A stretch of DNA of 64,000 nucleotides from Gammaproteobacteria bacterium (GCA_050298595.1 JBNKUM010000028.1:39075-103074), one strand, 5' to 3'; positions 20,477 through 30,981 are shown, counted from the first letter of the stretch. Numbers and translations: made by a program. The notes: a model not told the origin generated them from the sequence alone.

Positions 20477-20636
20477 ATGCTAAAAATCCTGTCTTCTGAC
20501 CTCAGTCCGCAGTTGACCGCTCGCATTATAGTAACCCACTGTTTCATCACCATTACAGTCGATTTATATTTTCACCCTGAGTCTGCTTGCTGTTTTTATT
20601 TGGTGATAATAGAGTTAGAAGATCTGATCAATTGTG

Positions 20637-21218
20637 TTATGCCTTACCTCTGGATCGATTCTGGTAATGGATGATGTTAATAACCCTGGCATCAACATCG
20701 TTAAGATTACGATATCCATGTGGCCTGTCTCCCGCAAAGCGGATGGTTTGGCCTGTCTTTAAAGGGTGCCATTTTTTTTCGCTGAGTACGTCCAGTTGTC
20801 CTTCAATAACGGTTATAAATTCAATTATACCAGGGGCGTGAGCTTTGGATCTGCGTTCATAACCGGCCTCAAAGGTGAGCTCCAGATATTCAAAACCTAG
20901 TGCTTCCTCAAAAGGGAAAAGTGGCGCAATATGTAACCCGCCATCGGCAGGATGTTGGCGGATGTCATCAGCTGTTCTGATCACGGTTGTCTGTGGGTAG
21001 CTTGTTGGTGCGGGTTCGATAAAAGTCGTTAATGAAACATCAAGGCCGGTTGCAATCCTCCACAGTGTTGAAACTGTAGGGCTGGATTCGCCCCGCTCAA
21101 TCTGCCCTAACATGGCTTTGCTTACGCCGGTTAATTTTGCCGTGGCATCCAGGCTTAAGCCTTTATCTTTTCGTATCTGTTGAAGCGCACTGCTTAAATA
21201 TTGTTTTGGATCTGCCAT
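20637..21218 (-). CDS. XRE-family HTH + cupin regulator (SutR/YdcN-like)
   Basis: GLSLD..AKLTGVSKAMLGQIERGESSPTVSTLWRIATG plus cupin; likely start MADPK at 21218; divergent from benE. Confidence 0.9.
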   Translation of the reverse strand: MADPKQYLSSALQQIRKDKGLSLDATAKLTGVSKAMLGQIERGESSPTVSTLWRIATGLDVSLTTFIEPAPTSYPQTTVIRTADDIRQHPADGGLHIAPLFPFEEALGFEYLELTFEAGYERRSKAHAPGIIEFITVIEGQLDVLSEKKWHPLKTGQTIRFAGDRPHGYRNLNDVDARVINIIHYQNRSRGKA

Positions 21219-21249
21219 AAAAAATGTACCAGTAAAAAACTGCCTGGAT

Positions 21250-21298
21250 GTTATAACGCACAAGTGATAAGGTTGCCAGTCTGTACGTTATAACGCAC
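21250..21298. promoter_or_regulatory. Tandem operator sites of the XRE regulator
   Basis: gttataacgcac at 21250-21261 and 21287-21298; the second lies in the near-perfect palindrome gtacgttataacgcac. Confidence 0.7.
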
Positions 21299-21307
21299 GT
21301 AAAAATC

Positions 21308-22480
21308 ATGCTAAAAGATTTCCTGTCACTCAAATATATGGTTTCCGGTTTTGTCGCGATCCTGATCGGTTATACAAGTTCAGCAGCTATCGTATTTCAG
21401 GCTGCTATCGCGGCTGGGGCGACAGTTGATCAGGTGAGTTCATGGCTGTGGGCTCTGGGGATGGGCTTGGGCGTGGTTGGTATTGGCTTATCTCTTTATT
21501 ATAAGCACCCAATCCTGCTGGCATGGTCTACCCCCGGCGCGGCACTACTGGTGACGAGCTTACCTGGTATTGCGATGTCTGATGCCATTGGCGCTTTCAT
21601 GTTTAGTTCCATTCTGATTATGATATGCGGTGTCACCGGCTGGTTTAATAACATCATGAAGCTGGTGCCGCATAGCCTGGCGACGGCGATGCTGGGGGGC
21701 GTTTTATTGCGCTTTGGACTGGCGGTTTTCCCGGCCTTTACTGAAGAGTTAATCCTGGTCGGTAGCATGATCACAATCTACGTTTTAGGAAAATGGAGAC
21801 GATCTTCCTATACGGTTCCATGGACGTTTGCTACAGGTGTTGTTATCGCTTTAATGCAGGGAAAGATGCAGGCTGTGGAGTCGGTGCTCACCTTTACCAC
21901 ACCGGTTGTTGTGATGCCGAGCTGGAATGTCTCGGTACTGATTGGTGTGGGCCTGCCGCTTTTTATCGTGACCATGGCTTCGCAAAATGTACCGGGGATT
22001 GCCGTATTACGCGCACATAAATACCAGACGCCGGCATCGCCTCTGATAGGCTGGACAGGTTTACTGGGTGTGCTTTTGGGTCCGTTTGGTGGTTATGCCT
22101 ACAACATGGCAGCTATTACCGCAGCTCTGTGTATGGGGGAAGATGTCGATAAGAATCCGAGCAAGCGATATTTCGCCACCATCTGGACCGGTATTTTCTA
22201 TATCCTGGCCGGGCTTTTTGGGGCTACAGTAGCAGGCCTGTTTGCGGCTTTTCCTGTTCAGCTGGTTTCAGCTATTGCGGGGCTGGCATTGCTGGCTACC
22301 ATCGCTAATAGCCTGGGTGCTGCTTTACAGGATGTAGATCATAGAGAAGCGGCAATACTCACCTTTATTATTACGGCTTCCGATGGTTCTTTTCTATCGA
22401 TAGGGACCCCGTTTTGGGGCCTGGTTATTGGTCTGCTGGTTCATTATTTAATGCAACACTCGAAAAGCCGGAAGCAATAA
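21308..22480 (+). CDS. benE: BenE/YdcO-family aromatic acid:H+ symporter
   Basis: GYTSSAAIVFQAA, AWSTPGAALL, PLFIVTMASQNVPG, N.AAITAALC, REAA..TF..TAS. Confidence 0.92.
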   Translation: MLKDFLSLKYMVSGFVAILIGYTSSAAIVFQAAIAAGATVDQVSSWLWALGMGLGVVGIGLSLYYKHPILLAWSTPGAALLVTSLPGIAMSDAIGAFMFSSILIMICGVTGWFNNIMKLVPHSLATAMLGGVLLRFGLAVFPAFTEELILVGSMITIYVLGKWRRSSYTVPWTFATGVVIALMQGKMQAVESVLTFTTPVVVMPSWNVSVLIGVGLPLFIVTMASQNVPGIAVLRAHKYQTPASPLIGWTGLLGVLLGPFGGYAYNMAAITAALCMGEDVDKNPSKRYFATIWTGIFYILAGLFGATVAGLFAAFPVQLVSAIAGLALLATIANSLGAALQDVDHREAAILTFIITASDGSFLSIGTPFWGLVIGLLVHYLMQHSKSRKQ

Positions 22481-22546
22481 AGTAACTGATCGGGCAGATA
22501 TTTTCGCGTTATAGTGCATGTCACAGAATGCCAGGGAATGTGCCTG

Positions 22547-23347
22547 TCAGCTATGCATTGCAGGCGTATCCAGCAGGCCCAGCCCCAGAGCTCTTAGCTC
22601 TTCGGTTTTATTGAAGTGAAATGTTTTGTAAGCCCGGGTATCCGGTTCCACAAGCAGGATATTTTTATGGTTATGCCTGAGGTTGTTGCGGGTCTGATTA
22701 TAGATTAACAGGCGCATCGATTTCTCAAACATCTCCAGTACCTTGGGGGTTTTGAAAAAGCCATCCGGCATCTTTTTTTCAAAAGAATGCTGACCGAGTA
22801 CATCAACAGCCAGAATATTTTCATAACTCGCTTCGTTTAATCCAAGGTTTTCACACAGAAACCCATCGCCATAGATGTTTCCATCGATTTCCTGCTCAGC
22901 AAAAATACCGGGGATTGCCATGGTTGCTAGCACAGCATCTTTAATATAAATATCATCGGTGCAATCAAAGACTTTCTTATTTCCATTTAGTAGGTTGGTT
23001 GCGATAAGTTTAAGAGGAATAGATGTATCGCTCATCTGTCTGTCTTCAAAGATGCCTTCAAAAATTGCAGCGATTTTTCCACTATCGATAACCGCGTTTC
23101 CGCTCCAGGAGAATTTTACCCAGTTGAAGATTCCAGCAAGGCTTTTAAGTCTTTCAAATATTTCCTGTTCCTGCATGCCCATGGCCTTACAGGCACCGAT
23201 AATGCCACCCATACTGGTACCGACAATTTCGCAGGGTACCAAACCCTGTAGCTCCATATCGTGCAATATACCCAGATGAGCAATGCCTAAAGCACCGCCG
23301 CCAGAAAGCACGAGGGTGAAAGGTTCTGTTTTAAAATCTATGGCCAT
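22547..23347 (-). CDS. Patatin-like phospholipase
   Basis: LSGGGALG oxyanion loop, GTSMG nucleophile elbow, DGF; start moved to ATG 23347 because the longer ORF runs through the upstream terminator. Confidence 0.88.
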   Translation of the reverse strand: MAIDFKTEPFTLVLSGGGALGIAHLGILHDMELQGLVPCEIVGTSMGGIIGACKAMGMQEQEIFERLKSLAGIFNWVKFSWSGNAVIDSGKIAAIFEGIFEDRQMSDTSIPLKLIATNLLNGNKKVFDCTDDIYIKDAVLATMAIPGIFAEQEIDGNIYGDGFLCENLGLNEASYENILAVDVLGQHSFEKKMPDGFFKTPKVLEMFEKSMRLLIYNQTRNNLRHNHKNILLVEPDTRAYKTFHFNKTEELRALGLGLLDTPAMHS

Positions 23348-23405
23348 AAGGTTTATTCGTTTACCTGTGAAAATGGATATTACACTATACCTATCGGGAT
23401 GAATG

Positions 23406-23434
23406 AAAAAAAAGGGCAGAGATAAATCTGCCCT
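23406..23434 (-). terminator. Intrinsic terminator after the aldolase gene
   Basis: A8 followed by gggcaga-gataaa-tctgccc. Confidence 0.8.
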
Positions 23435-23457
23435 CAAATGTAAGAGTGGTAAATCTA

Positions 23458-24507
23458 TTAAGCAAGCGTTATAGAATCATCCAGATAAACATCCTGAATT
23501 GCATTTAATAACTGTATACCTTCATCCATTGGTTTCTGGAAAGCCTTGCGACCGGAAATCAAACCCATACCACCAGCACGTTTATTGATTACCGCAGTGC
23601 GTACTGCCTGATGCAAATCATCAGAACCAGATCCACCACCGGAATTAATCAGTCCTGCTCTCCCCATATAACAATTAGCCACCTGATAACGAGTTAGATC
23701 GATGGGGTGATCAGTAGTCAGGTCGCTATAAACTTTTGCGTGGGTTTTGCCAAATTTAATCGCATTGTAACCACCGTTATTCTCGGCCTGTTTCTGTTTG
23801 ATGATGTCGGCATCGATAGTTGCCGCCAAATGATTAGCCTGTCCAGTTAAATCAGCAGACACATGGTAATCTACACCATCCTTTTTGAAATCGCTGTTGC
23901 GCAGATAAGCCCATAGTATGGTCACCATGCCTAGTTCATGAGCATGCTCGAAGGCTTCTGAGATTTCCATAATCTGGCGTCGGCATTCGGCTGAGCCATA
24001 GTAGATGGTGGCTCCAACTGCAGCAGCGCCCATATCAAATGCCTGATCGACACTGGCAAACAGGGTTTGATCATAAAAGTTGGGATAGCTGAGGATTTCG
24101 TTGTGATTGATTTTGACGATGAAAGGGATTTTGTGAGCATAGGTACGCGCGACTGAATTGAGTACGCCCATGGTTGATGCTACGGCATTGCAACCCCCAT
24201 TGATGGCTAGCTCTACGATATGCGCAGGATCAAAATAGGCCGGGTTGGGCGCAAAAGAGGCGCCTGCGGAATGCTCTACACCCTGGTCTACCGGTAACAG
24301 CGAGAGATAACCGGTTCCAGCCAGGCGACCGGTGTTGTACATCGCATTAAGGTTGCGTAGTACCGATGGCTTGCGATTTTTGCTGGCGACCACACGTTCG
24401 ATATAGTCAGGTCCAGGAGCATGGATGGTGTTTTTTGGGATCCCTGTGCAGACATGGCTCAATAATGATTCGGCTTCTTCACCCAATAGGGTTTGGCTGT
24501 TATTCAT
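23458..24507 (-). CDS. fbaB: Class I fructose-bisphosphate aldolase (FbaB/DhnA)
   Basis: [34 protein letters not shown] (Schiff-base Lys), [10 protein letters not shown]; GGAGG RBS before ATG 24507. Confidence 0.95.
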   Translation of the reverse strand: MNNSQTLLGEEAESLLSHVCTGIPKNTIHAPGPDYIERVVASKNRKPSVLRNLNAMYNTGRLAGTGYLSLLPVDQGVEHSAGASFAPNPAYFDPAHIVELAINGGCNAVASTMGVLNSVARTYAHKIPFIVKINHNEILSYPNFYDQTLFASVDQAFDMGAAAVGATIYYGSAECRRQIMEISEAFEHAHELGMVTILWAYLRNSDFKKDGVDYHVSADLTGQANHLAATIDADIIKQKQAENNGGYNAIKFGKTHAKVYSDLTTDHPIDLTRYQVANCYMGRAGLINSGGGSGSDDLHQAVRTAVINKRAGGMGLISGRKAFQKPMDEGIQLLNAIQDVYLDDSITLA

Positions 24508-24659
24508 AATGCCCTCCATTGATTGTATGAGAAGTTGTTTTATAGCATGGAATAGCTTGTCACGGAGCGGTTACTTAATAGATAGTAAGTGTAATATCAA
24601 TAGAGTTTGCTTCTGGTGTGTGATAATTTTTAAAGACTAAATGAAAAGGAGAGTCAGTT

Positions 24660-25460
24660 ATGCCAGTAAATCCAGCTAAACCACGTGTAGCATTAATCGT
24701 GCACGGAGTTCAAACCGGAGCCGACAAGGATCAAAATCAACATCTGGTGATCAAGCAACTGATCAAAAACCGCCTCGGTAATATCCCGTTGAATTACAAA
24801 ACTGATATCTATCGTTACGAAGACATCAACGATAAAACCATTGCTCCCGCAAAAAAGCTGATTAAATTAATGGCCAAAACACCCATCGCAGGAAAAGTAG
24901 CTGAACAGGCTATGGACCTGATAGGAGATGTGGTGCTGAATCTGGCAGATAACTCAACAGCGGCCAAAGTCAGGGCTGGATTAAAAAAGAAGATACTCGA
25001 CTACTACCAAAGCGGAAACCCCTGCTATCTGGTGGCTCATAGCCTGGGTTCCATCTATGCGCTGGATGTAGTTAATGAATTGATGCAGGAGAATGATTTA
25101 TTTGACCGTAAGCATCGTACCACATGGCCGGTACAGGGGCTGTTAACCATTGGCTCACCTATAGGCCTTGCGATGTTCCGAAAGGATAGAAGCAAGTTAT
25201 CTAAAATGGGCGCAGGGACCAGTCTTTTGCGCTGGAAAAACTGCTGGGACCGCAATGATCCAGTTGTTTCAGGAAGTATATTTGGTAAGACCATAAGCGG
25301 ATTTGAAATAGCAGAGAAGTTCCAGAGTACCGACAAGGAGTTTGGCTGGTTTATTAAAGATGTAGCTGTTAACACCGGAAAACTATGGCTACCGGCACAT
25401 ATCGCCTATTGGGAGTTGCCCGAGGTTGGAGATATTCTGGTAGAAATGATGGCGAACTAG
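24660..25460 (+). CDS. Hypothetical alpha/beta-hydrolase-fold protein
   Basis: VHGV, AHSLG nucleophile elbow, TIGSP, W.N.WD..DPV, AH..YW. Confidence 0.75.
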   Translation: MPVNPAKPRVALIVHGVQTGADKDQNQHLVIKQLIKNRLGNIPLNYKTDIYRYEDINDKTIAPAKKLIKLMAKTPIAGKVAEQAMDLIGDVVLNLADNSTAAKVRAGLKKKILDYYQSGNPCYLVAHSLGSIYALDVVNELMQENDLFDRKHRTTWPVQGLLTIGSPIGLAMFRKDRSKLSKMGAGTSLLRWKNCWDRNDPVVSGSIFGKTISGFEIAEKFQSTDKEFGWFIKDVAVNTGKLWLPAHIAYWELPEVGDILVEMMAN

Positions 25461-25470
25461 GGAGAGAGAC

Positions 25471-25965
25471 ATGAGTAATAAAAATTATCTAATCATAGTT
25501 TTACTGCTACTGATACAGGGCTGTACACATACGCTGTATCAGGGTGACCTGGTGAGTGCAAATAATTTCGATCAGCAGCAAAGCTTCAGGCTGTGGTGGA
25601 TTAAGACCAGTCTGTTTTCCAGACAAAAAGGTGATGGCAGTATCCGGCTGGACACCGGATGCAGCCGATACGGCTTTACCGAATCGGATAAGGGTCTGAA
25701 TGTTGTGTTACCCGCAGATCAATATAAAAGCGAAAATGGGCAGCAGGGCGATCGGATAACCTGCGCAAAAATAACCAACTTGCAACGTATACGGGATTAT
25801 CAAAAAGGTGAGCTGACAGTAGAAACCTATTGCTCTCCTGTAAGCAGTGAATTTAGCGTGGAGAAGAAAACCTTTCCTAAGGTTAATATGAAACATCGAT
25901 TCGTGATACAGAGTAAAGAGATTGATAATGTAGAATTTTCTCCTGAGCCATTGCCCTGTATTTGA
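25471..25965 (+). CDS. Hypothetical lipoprotein
   Basis: Lipobox IQGC after a hydrophobic stretch; four further Cys; ggag RBS. Confidence 0.7.
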   Translation: MSNKNYLIIVLLLLIQGCTHTLYQGDLVSANNFDQQQSFRLWWIKTSLFSRQKGDGSIRLDTGCSRYGFTESDKGLNVVLPADQYKSENGQQGDRITCAKITNLQRIRDYQKGELTVETYCSPVSSEFSVEKKTFPKVNMKHRFVIQSKEIDNVEFSPEPLPCI

Positions 25966-26001
25966 AAATTTAAACCACAAAGAGAGCGAAGAAAAATTAG
26001 T

Positions 26002-26409
26002 ATGGAAGTAAAGATAGAAATAAATGGCCAAATTGAACAGGCCGAAGTTGTAGCGTTATACAAAGCCAATCACTGGTCTTCTGCAGACAAACCGGAAAAA
26101 TTAATTCCTGGTTTACGTAACTCGCATACGCTGGTAACGGCCAGAATCGGTGATGATCTAGTGGGTATAGGTAATGCCATCGCTGATGGTCACCTTGTGG
26201 TTTATTATCCTCATATGCTGGTACATCCAGATTTTCAGGGAAAAGGAATAGGTCGAAAAATGATGCAGGCCATGCAATCTATTTACAAAGATTATCATCA
26301 ACAAATGCTAACTGCTGATGGTGATGCAATTGAGTTTTATAAGGCTTTGGGGTTTCAGCGAGCGGGCAAAACAGAATCGATGTGGGTGTATGTCGGGTTA
26401 GAGCATTAA
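26002..26409 (+). CDS. GNAT acetyltransferase
   Basis: LVHPDFQGKGIG acetyl-CoA motif A; AIEFYKALGF. Confidence 0.9.
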   Translation: MEVKIEINGQIEQAEVVALYKANHWSSADKPEKLIPGLRNSHTLVTARIGDDLVGIGNAIADGHLVVYYPHMLVHPDFQGKGIGRKMMQAMQSIYKDYHQQMLTADGDAIEFYKALGFQRAGKTESMWVYVGLEH

Positions 26410-26421
26410 GATAGACACAAT

Positions 26422-26772
26422 ATGATCGAAAGAATGAGAGGTGCTTATATTGGAAGAAATAAATCATCGGCCTATAAAGATCTGGTGTGGACAGTTGCAA
26501 CCTCATCTGACACTACATGCTCAATTGAGCAGCAAACAGAAAACACCCTTGAAATAATCCAGCAAAATTTAAATGAGTTAAAATCGGATAAATCATTGAT
26601 TGTTTCAGCACAGGTTTACATAGCCAATATGAAAGATAAGCCAAAAATGGATGCTTTGTGGAAAAACTGGATTGGATCGAATCCGGAAAACTGGCCACAA
26701 AGAGCCTGTCTCGGCGTTGATCTTGAAGGTGATGTATTAATTGAGGTTACCGTTGTGGCTGTGCGAATGTAA
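26422..26772 (+). CDS. RidA/YoaB-like (YjgF family) protein
   Basis: IEQQT..TL..I, IVSAQVYI, MDALW..W....PQRAC, LIEVTVVA. Confidence 0.85.
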   Translation: MIERMRGAYIGRNKSSAYKDLVWTVATSSDTTCSIEQQTENTLEIIQQNLNELKSDKSLIVSAQVYIANMKDKPKMDALWKNWIGSNPENWPQRACLGVDLEGDVLIEVTVVAVRM

Positions 26773-26797
26773 ATACAACAGGTTTAGAATAATAACC

Positions 26798-27172
26798 TCA
26801 AATTCCAATCTGATTACGACCATTGTCCTTAGCTGCATACAATGCCCTGTCAGCTCGATCAATTAAATCCCCCATATTTTCTCCTTCACGCCATTCGGCC
26901 ATGCCGATTGATATAGTAACCGTGATATTTTTTCCATTCTCTAAAGTCACTGGTTGTAATTCAACAATAGAACGAACTCTTTCCGCTACGATGTGCGCCT
27001 GGTGAACAATAGTGCCAGGCATTAATACCACTAACTCTTCCCCACCGTAACGAACCAGTAAATCTGTTTCTCTTAAATTCTCTGAAATGATCTTACATAG
27101 ATGTTTCAGGGTTTCATCTCCAGCCCGATGTCCAAAAGTATCATTAACTTTTTTGACGATCTTTTCAGACAC
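26798..27172 (-). pseudogene. 5'-truncated GGDEF domain remnant
   Basis: Homology begins at KKVNDTFGHRAGD; the upstream D-x-D-x-FK strand and any sensor domain are missing; GGEEL instead of GGEEF. Confidence 0.7.
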
Positions 27173-27802
27173 CCAGTGCGCCGAGATAAATCGGCAACGG
27201 GGTAAAACACTATTGAAATATTTTGTCTGATCGGAACGTGTTCCAGAGGTAGCTACGGCTGAAGCAATTGACTGAATTTTAGATGGACCAGCTATAGACT
27301 ACAATCTATCAGAAATGGCAGGGTCGGGTCGGCTTGAAACAATACAGGTCCACCTCGAACGATCACTTCTGACATTGTTGCCGTTTGTTACGGTTTTCAG
27401 GAATGACGGTAGTTGGCACACCAAAGACTTTAACTCATTAACTTGGGAACGACCGATTCGAGGAAGAAGGCGTTTAACATCGCAATTCACCGAAGGTAAA
27501 AAGTATTGTAAGGAAAGAACGATGATTTTTTGCCTTCCAGAATTTTACTGAGGTCACCCATTAGCCAGGAACTCTTAAACCAAAACTTTAATGGTTGCCA
27601 AGTTTTTGTATGGCCTAAGCGGCGTATTGCACTTACAAACTGAATGCCTGTGTCCTCGAATACTATCACGTTTTTCCAAAAGTGAATGGCCACTCCTGGT
27701 CACTTAGCAGAAGTCATATTGTTTATAGTTTTTCCTTTTAGGCCTCATAAATTTCAGACAATATCTCTCTCTCGATAATGTCTGCTATTGACAGATTTAA
27801 TC

Positions 27803-29770
27803 TTACATCGGGTGCAAGCCAAACCCCATTAACTCTAGCTCTGCACGGGCTTCTGGTTCGTTCAACAAGGCGATAAAGCGTTGTACCGCCGGGCTATCCC
27901 AGCGTGACTCTGGTACTGCAAAATCATAGTGCTCTTCCTGCAACGGTAGAAATTCCAGATCATACATTTTTGCTACGGTATCGATAGCAATACCCCAGTC
28001 GGCGCGGCCCTGGGCCACTGCGGTTGCGACAGCATTGTGCGATTTGGTCTGTACCGCATAGCCTGCAGGTTGTGCTCCGTTGAGTAACTGGTCGATCAGT
28101 ACCCTTGTGCCGCTGCCAGCGTTGCGGTTGACCATGATGCAGTCTGCATCTGCCAGAGCTGCTGCCACAGCCTGTTGTGGATTATTAGCGCTGGCGAAGC
28201 GAGGGTCATCTCGCCGGTATACGAAACCCTGCATGCGTAAATAGCCGGGTAACAGGCGCATGCCGTCTTCCAGATAGGGGCTGTTGTAGATACCTGAATC
28301 TGGATCCATCAGGTGGATACCAGCGATATCACATTCTCCACGCCGCGCGGCGGCGAGGCCTCCCTGGCTGCCTACATGCATGGACTTGGTACTCATGCCT
28401 TCGTGTTGCAGGCGGCGTAGTAATACATCCAGTCCGACACAGTGAGAGCCGATGCTGACCAGCTGTGCGGGGTCCAGACGTTGAGATAGCAACTGTACAC
28501 TGACAGCTGTGCCTGCCGGTAGTTGCTCGGTCTGAGCATCTATGCGGATGAAACCATCAGCCTTACTAAAGGCGGTGACTGCACCGGAGTTTTTACCCAT
28601 AGGGTAAGCAGCATAGCCTGCATGGGTGCGCATCAGGCCTACCATGAGATACTCAGTACGCCCACGCTCTGAGCCGACCCGTACAGGAAGTTCTGCTCCA
28701 ACCTGTTGGCGGGTTTCCTCGGGCATCCCAGCCAGCACGCGCAGCATGGGTGCTACAAACTGTTGAAAGGTGAAGATGGCGGAAGTCGGGAAGCCGGGCA
28801 GGATGACCACGGGCTTGTTCCCGCTTACTGCCAGGCACAGGGGTTTTCCGGGTTTGATCGCTACCCCATGCACGACAATTCCTGGGTCGGACAGAGCGCT
28901 GACCACTTCGTAGGTAAGATCACCGGCACCCTTGGAGGTGCCACCGGAGAGAATGACTGCATCAGCTTCGAGGCCGCGCTGCAGAATATCCTGTTGTACC
29001 TGCAATACATCTGGAACAGCGCCCAGGCGTATAGCCTCGCAACCGAGTTCTTCGACAGCAGCAGCGACTATGGCCTGATTTGAATCGTAGACGCCGCCTT
29101 TGCGCATAGGCTGGCCGGGTTGCACCAGTTCATCTCCGGTAGAGATGATTGCTATTCGGGGTTTACGGTAGACGGTGACCTGATCCAGCCCAACCGCTGC
29201 TAGCAGCCCTATATCGCGTGATGTTAACAGTTGGCCGCAACGCAATACCGTTTCGCCGCGACCTATGTCAGTACCGGCAAAGCTGATGAAGGCGCCTGCA
29301 GGCAGGGCTTTTTCGATGCGTACATATTGCTGGCTATCCTGTTCTACCAGCTCGGTATTTTCTACCAGCATCACTGAGTCAGCGCCGCGCGGTAGCATGC
29401 CGCCAGTGGCAATGACACTGGCATGACCTGACTCTACCGTAATCTGTGGTGGCTTGCCGGGGGTGATGACTTCATCGGTGAGTGATAACAGAAGCGGAGA
29501 CTCTTCGCCAGCGCCCAGAGTGTCCTGAGCACGCAGTGCGAAACCATCAACATTGGAGCGGTCGAATCCGGGTACATCTACTGGTGACTCTATATCCTGC
29601 GCTAGTACTCGTCCGAGTGAGGATTCAAGTGGTACCTGTTCAGTGCCCAGGGGTTGTGGATTTAAGGCATCGCGAAAACGTTGCAATGCTTCGTCAGCGC
29701 TTGCGACATCCAGAAACTGACGTTGGCTGGCTGCCTTGCGCCTTGCCATCATGGATTCTACTTCACTCAT
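27803..29770 (-). CDS. moeA: MoeA fused to a C-terminal periplasmic-binding-protein-like domain
   Basis: PGFDRSNVDGFA, STGDEL, GGTSKG, KPGKP, LPGFP; C-terminal GSHC...GSQGGL...CDIAGIHL, NRNAGSGTR PBP domain. Confidence 0.92.
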   Translation of the reverse strand: MSEVESMMARRKAASQRQFLDVASADEALQRFRDALNPQPLGTEQVPLESSLGRVLAQDIESPVDVPGFDRSNVDGFALRAQDTLGAGEESPLLLSLTDEVITPGKPPQITVESGHASVIATGGMLPRGADSVMLVENTELVEQDSQQYVRIEKALPAGAFISFAGTDIGRGETVLRCGQLLTSRDIGLLAAVGLDQVTVYRKPRIAIISTGDELVQPGQPMRKGGVYDSNQAIVAAAVEELGCEAIRLGAVPDVLQVQQDILQRGLEADAVILSGGTSKGAGDLTYEVVSALSDPGIVVHGVAIKPGKPLCLAVSGNKPVVILPGFPTSAIFTFQQFVAPMLRVLAGMPEETRQQVGAELPVRVGSERGRTEYLMVGLMRTHAGYAAYPMGKNSGAVTAFSKADGFIRIDAQTEQLPAGTAVSVQLLSQRLDPAQLVSIGSHCVGLDVLLRRLQHEGMSTKSMHVGSQGGLAAARRGECDIAGIHLMDPDSGIYNSPYLEDGMRLLPGYLRMQGFVYRRDDPRFASANNPQQAVAAALADADCIMVNRNAGSGTRVLIDQLLNGAQPAGYAVQTKSHNAVATAVAQGRADWGIAIDTVAKMYDLEFLPLQEEHYDFAVPESRWDSPAVQRFIALLNEPEARAELELMGFGLHPM

Positions 29771-29793
29771 TCATAAAACTCCTGCTAATGGTA

Positions 29794-30942
29794 TTATTCA
29801 TAGAGATACACCTCTACCTGGCTGCCTTCTGCATAGCCTTCACTATTTTCAGGCAATAATACAAAGCCATCCGCTCTTACACTACTGGATAACAGACGAT
29901 CATCTGCCACTGCCAGCGGTGCTGCGAATTGATCATCGATGCGCATACGTGCAAGTTCGAACTGGCCGATGCGTGATACCAGTTTACGCGATAGAGTAAA
30001 GGTTTGACGACGGTAAGGTAGTTTATCCGTTTTCAATGCCAGACGGCGTAGCAGGCGTGCTGCGATCAGGTCATAAGCACACAGACAGGCCAGCGGTGAG
30101 CCGGGTAATAATATGACGGGCTTATCTGCGATTTTACCGAGCACCATGCCCCCTCCAGGGTGGATGCTGATTCCATCTAGACTGACTGTACCTGTGTCTT
30201 TTAGCGCCTGAACGGCATAATCCTGAGCGCCATAACCGCTGCCTCCAGTGACCAGAATCAGCTCGGCTTCCGACTGTGACAGTCCTTGAGCCAGTTCCTG
30301 AGAAGATATGGTTAAGTTTGTCGAAACGAGTTGTCCGCCATCTCTATTTATCAAGGCATTGAGCATGGGGCCATTGGCATTGTGCTCAAAATGTCCGGCA
30401 ATAAAAAGTTGGACTCGTGGTCGGCTGAGTACATTGACCTCGATTATTCCAGCTAGAGCAAGTATTGCCATGTCCTGAGGGCGCAGTAGACGCCCGGCGT
30501 TGAGAAGTATTTCATTCTGCTGACATTCTTCCCCTTTATCAACAACACCGTCTCCTGGAGCCAGGCTGGAGACGACATCCAGTAATGTATTGCGTAAATC
30601 TGCCTGTTCTAGTGGAAGCACAGCATCTGCGCCGACAGGAAGAGGGTCCCCGAACGAAACCTGGATAGCGCTGCCTGGAATTAATGCGTCATCAATGCCT
30701 AATAGACGAAGAGGCAGAGGGTTGTAGTCACCCGCGCCTAGAGTATCGGCTGCCATTATTGCATAACCATCGCGAGCGCACAGGGTGCGAGCTGGTATAT
30801 CGTTGCTGGCCTTGATGTCCTGCGCCAGTAAATACCCTGCCGCCTGATTTAGGGGGAGTGCCTGAACAGAGGATTGAGTCATGCATTGATCAATCCATTC
30901 AAAGGCCTGTTGAGAGGGGGCTGGAGAATAACTGCGTTTCAT
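29794..30942 (-). CDS. moeA: Second, divergent MoeA paralog
   Basis: RDGYA, LPVGADAV, TGGSGYG..DY, HPGG, LLPGSP, RADGFV. Confidence 0.85.
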   Translation of the reverse strand: MKRSYSPAPSQQAFEWIDQCMTQSSVQALPLNQAAGYLLAQDIKASNDIPARTLCARDGYAIMAADTLGAGDYNPLPLRLLGIDDALIPGSAIQVSFGDPLPVGADAVLPLEQADLRNTLLDVVSSLAPGDGVVDKGEECQQNEILLNAGRLLRPQDMAILALAGIIEVNVLSRPRVQLFIAGHFEHNANGPMLNALINRDGGQLVSTNLTISSQELAQGLSQSEAELILVTGGSGYGAQDYAVQALKDTGTVSLDGISIHPGGGMVLGKIADKPVILLPGSPLACLCAYDLIAARLLRRLALKTDKLPYRRQTFTLSRKLVSRIGQFELARMRIDDQFAAPLAVADDRLLSSSVRADGFVLLPENSEGYAEGSQVEVYLYE

Positions 30943-30981
30943 GAGTTAGAGTGGTACCGTGTTAGAGTGTCTATAGTAGGC

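Noticed and set aside
20423-20674. 83-aa ORF
   Set aside because: Runs through a strong terminator, has a TTG start and no recognisable motif.
24660-27800. Integron cassette array
   Set aside because: No integrase, and I could not identify convincing attC sites; intergenic gaps are too short.
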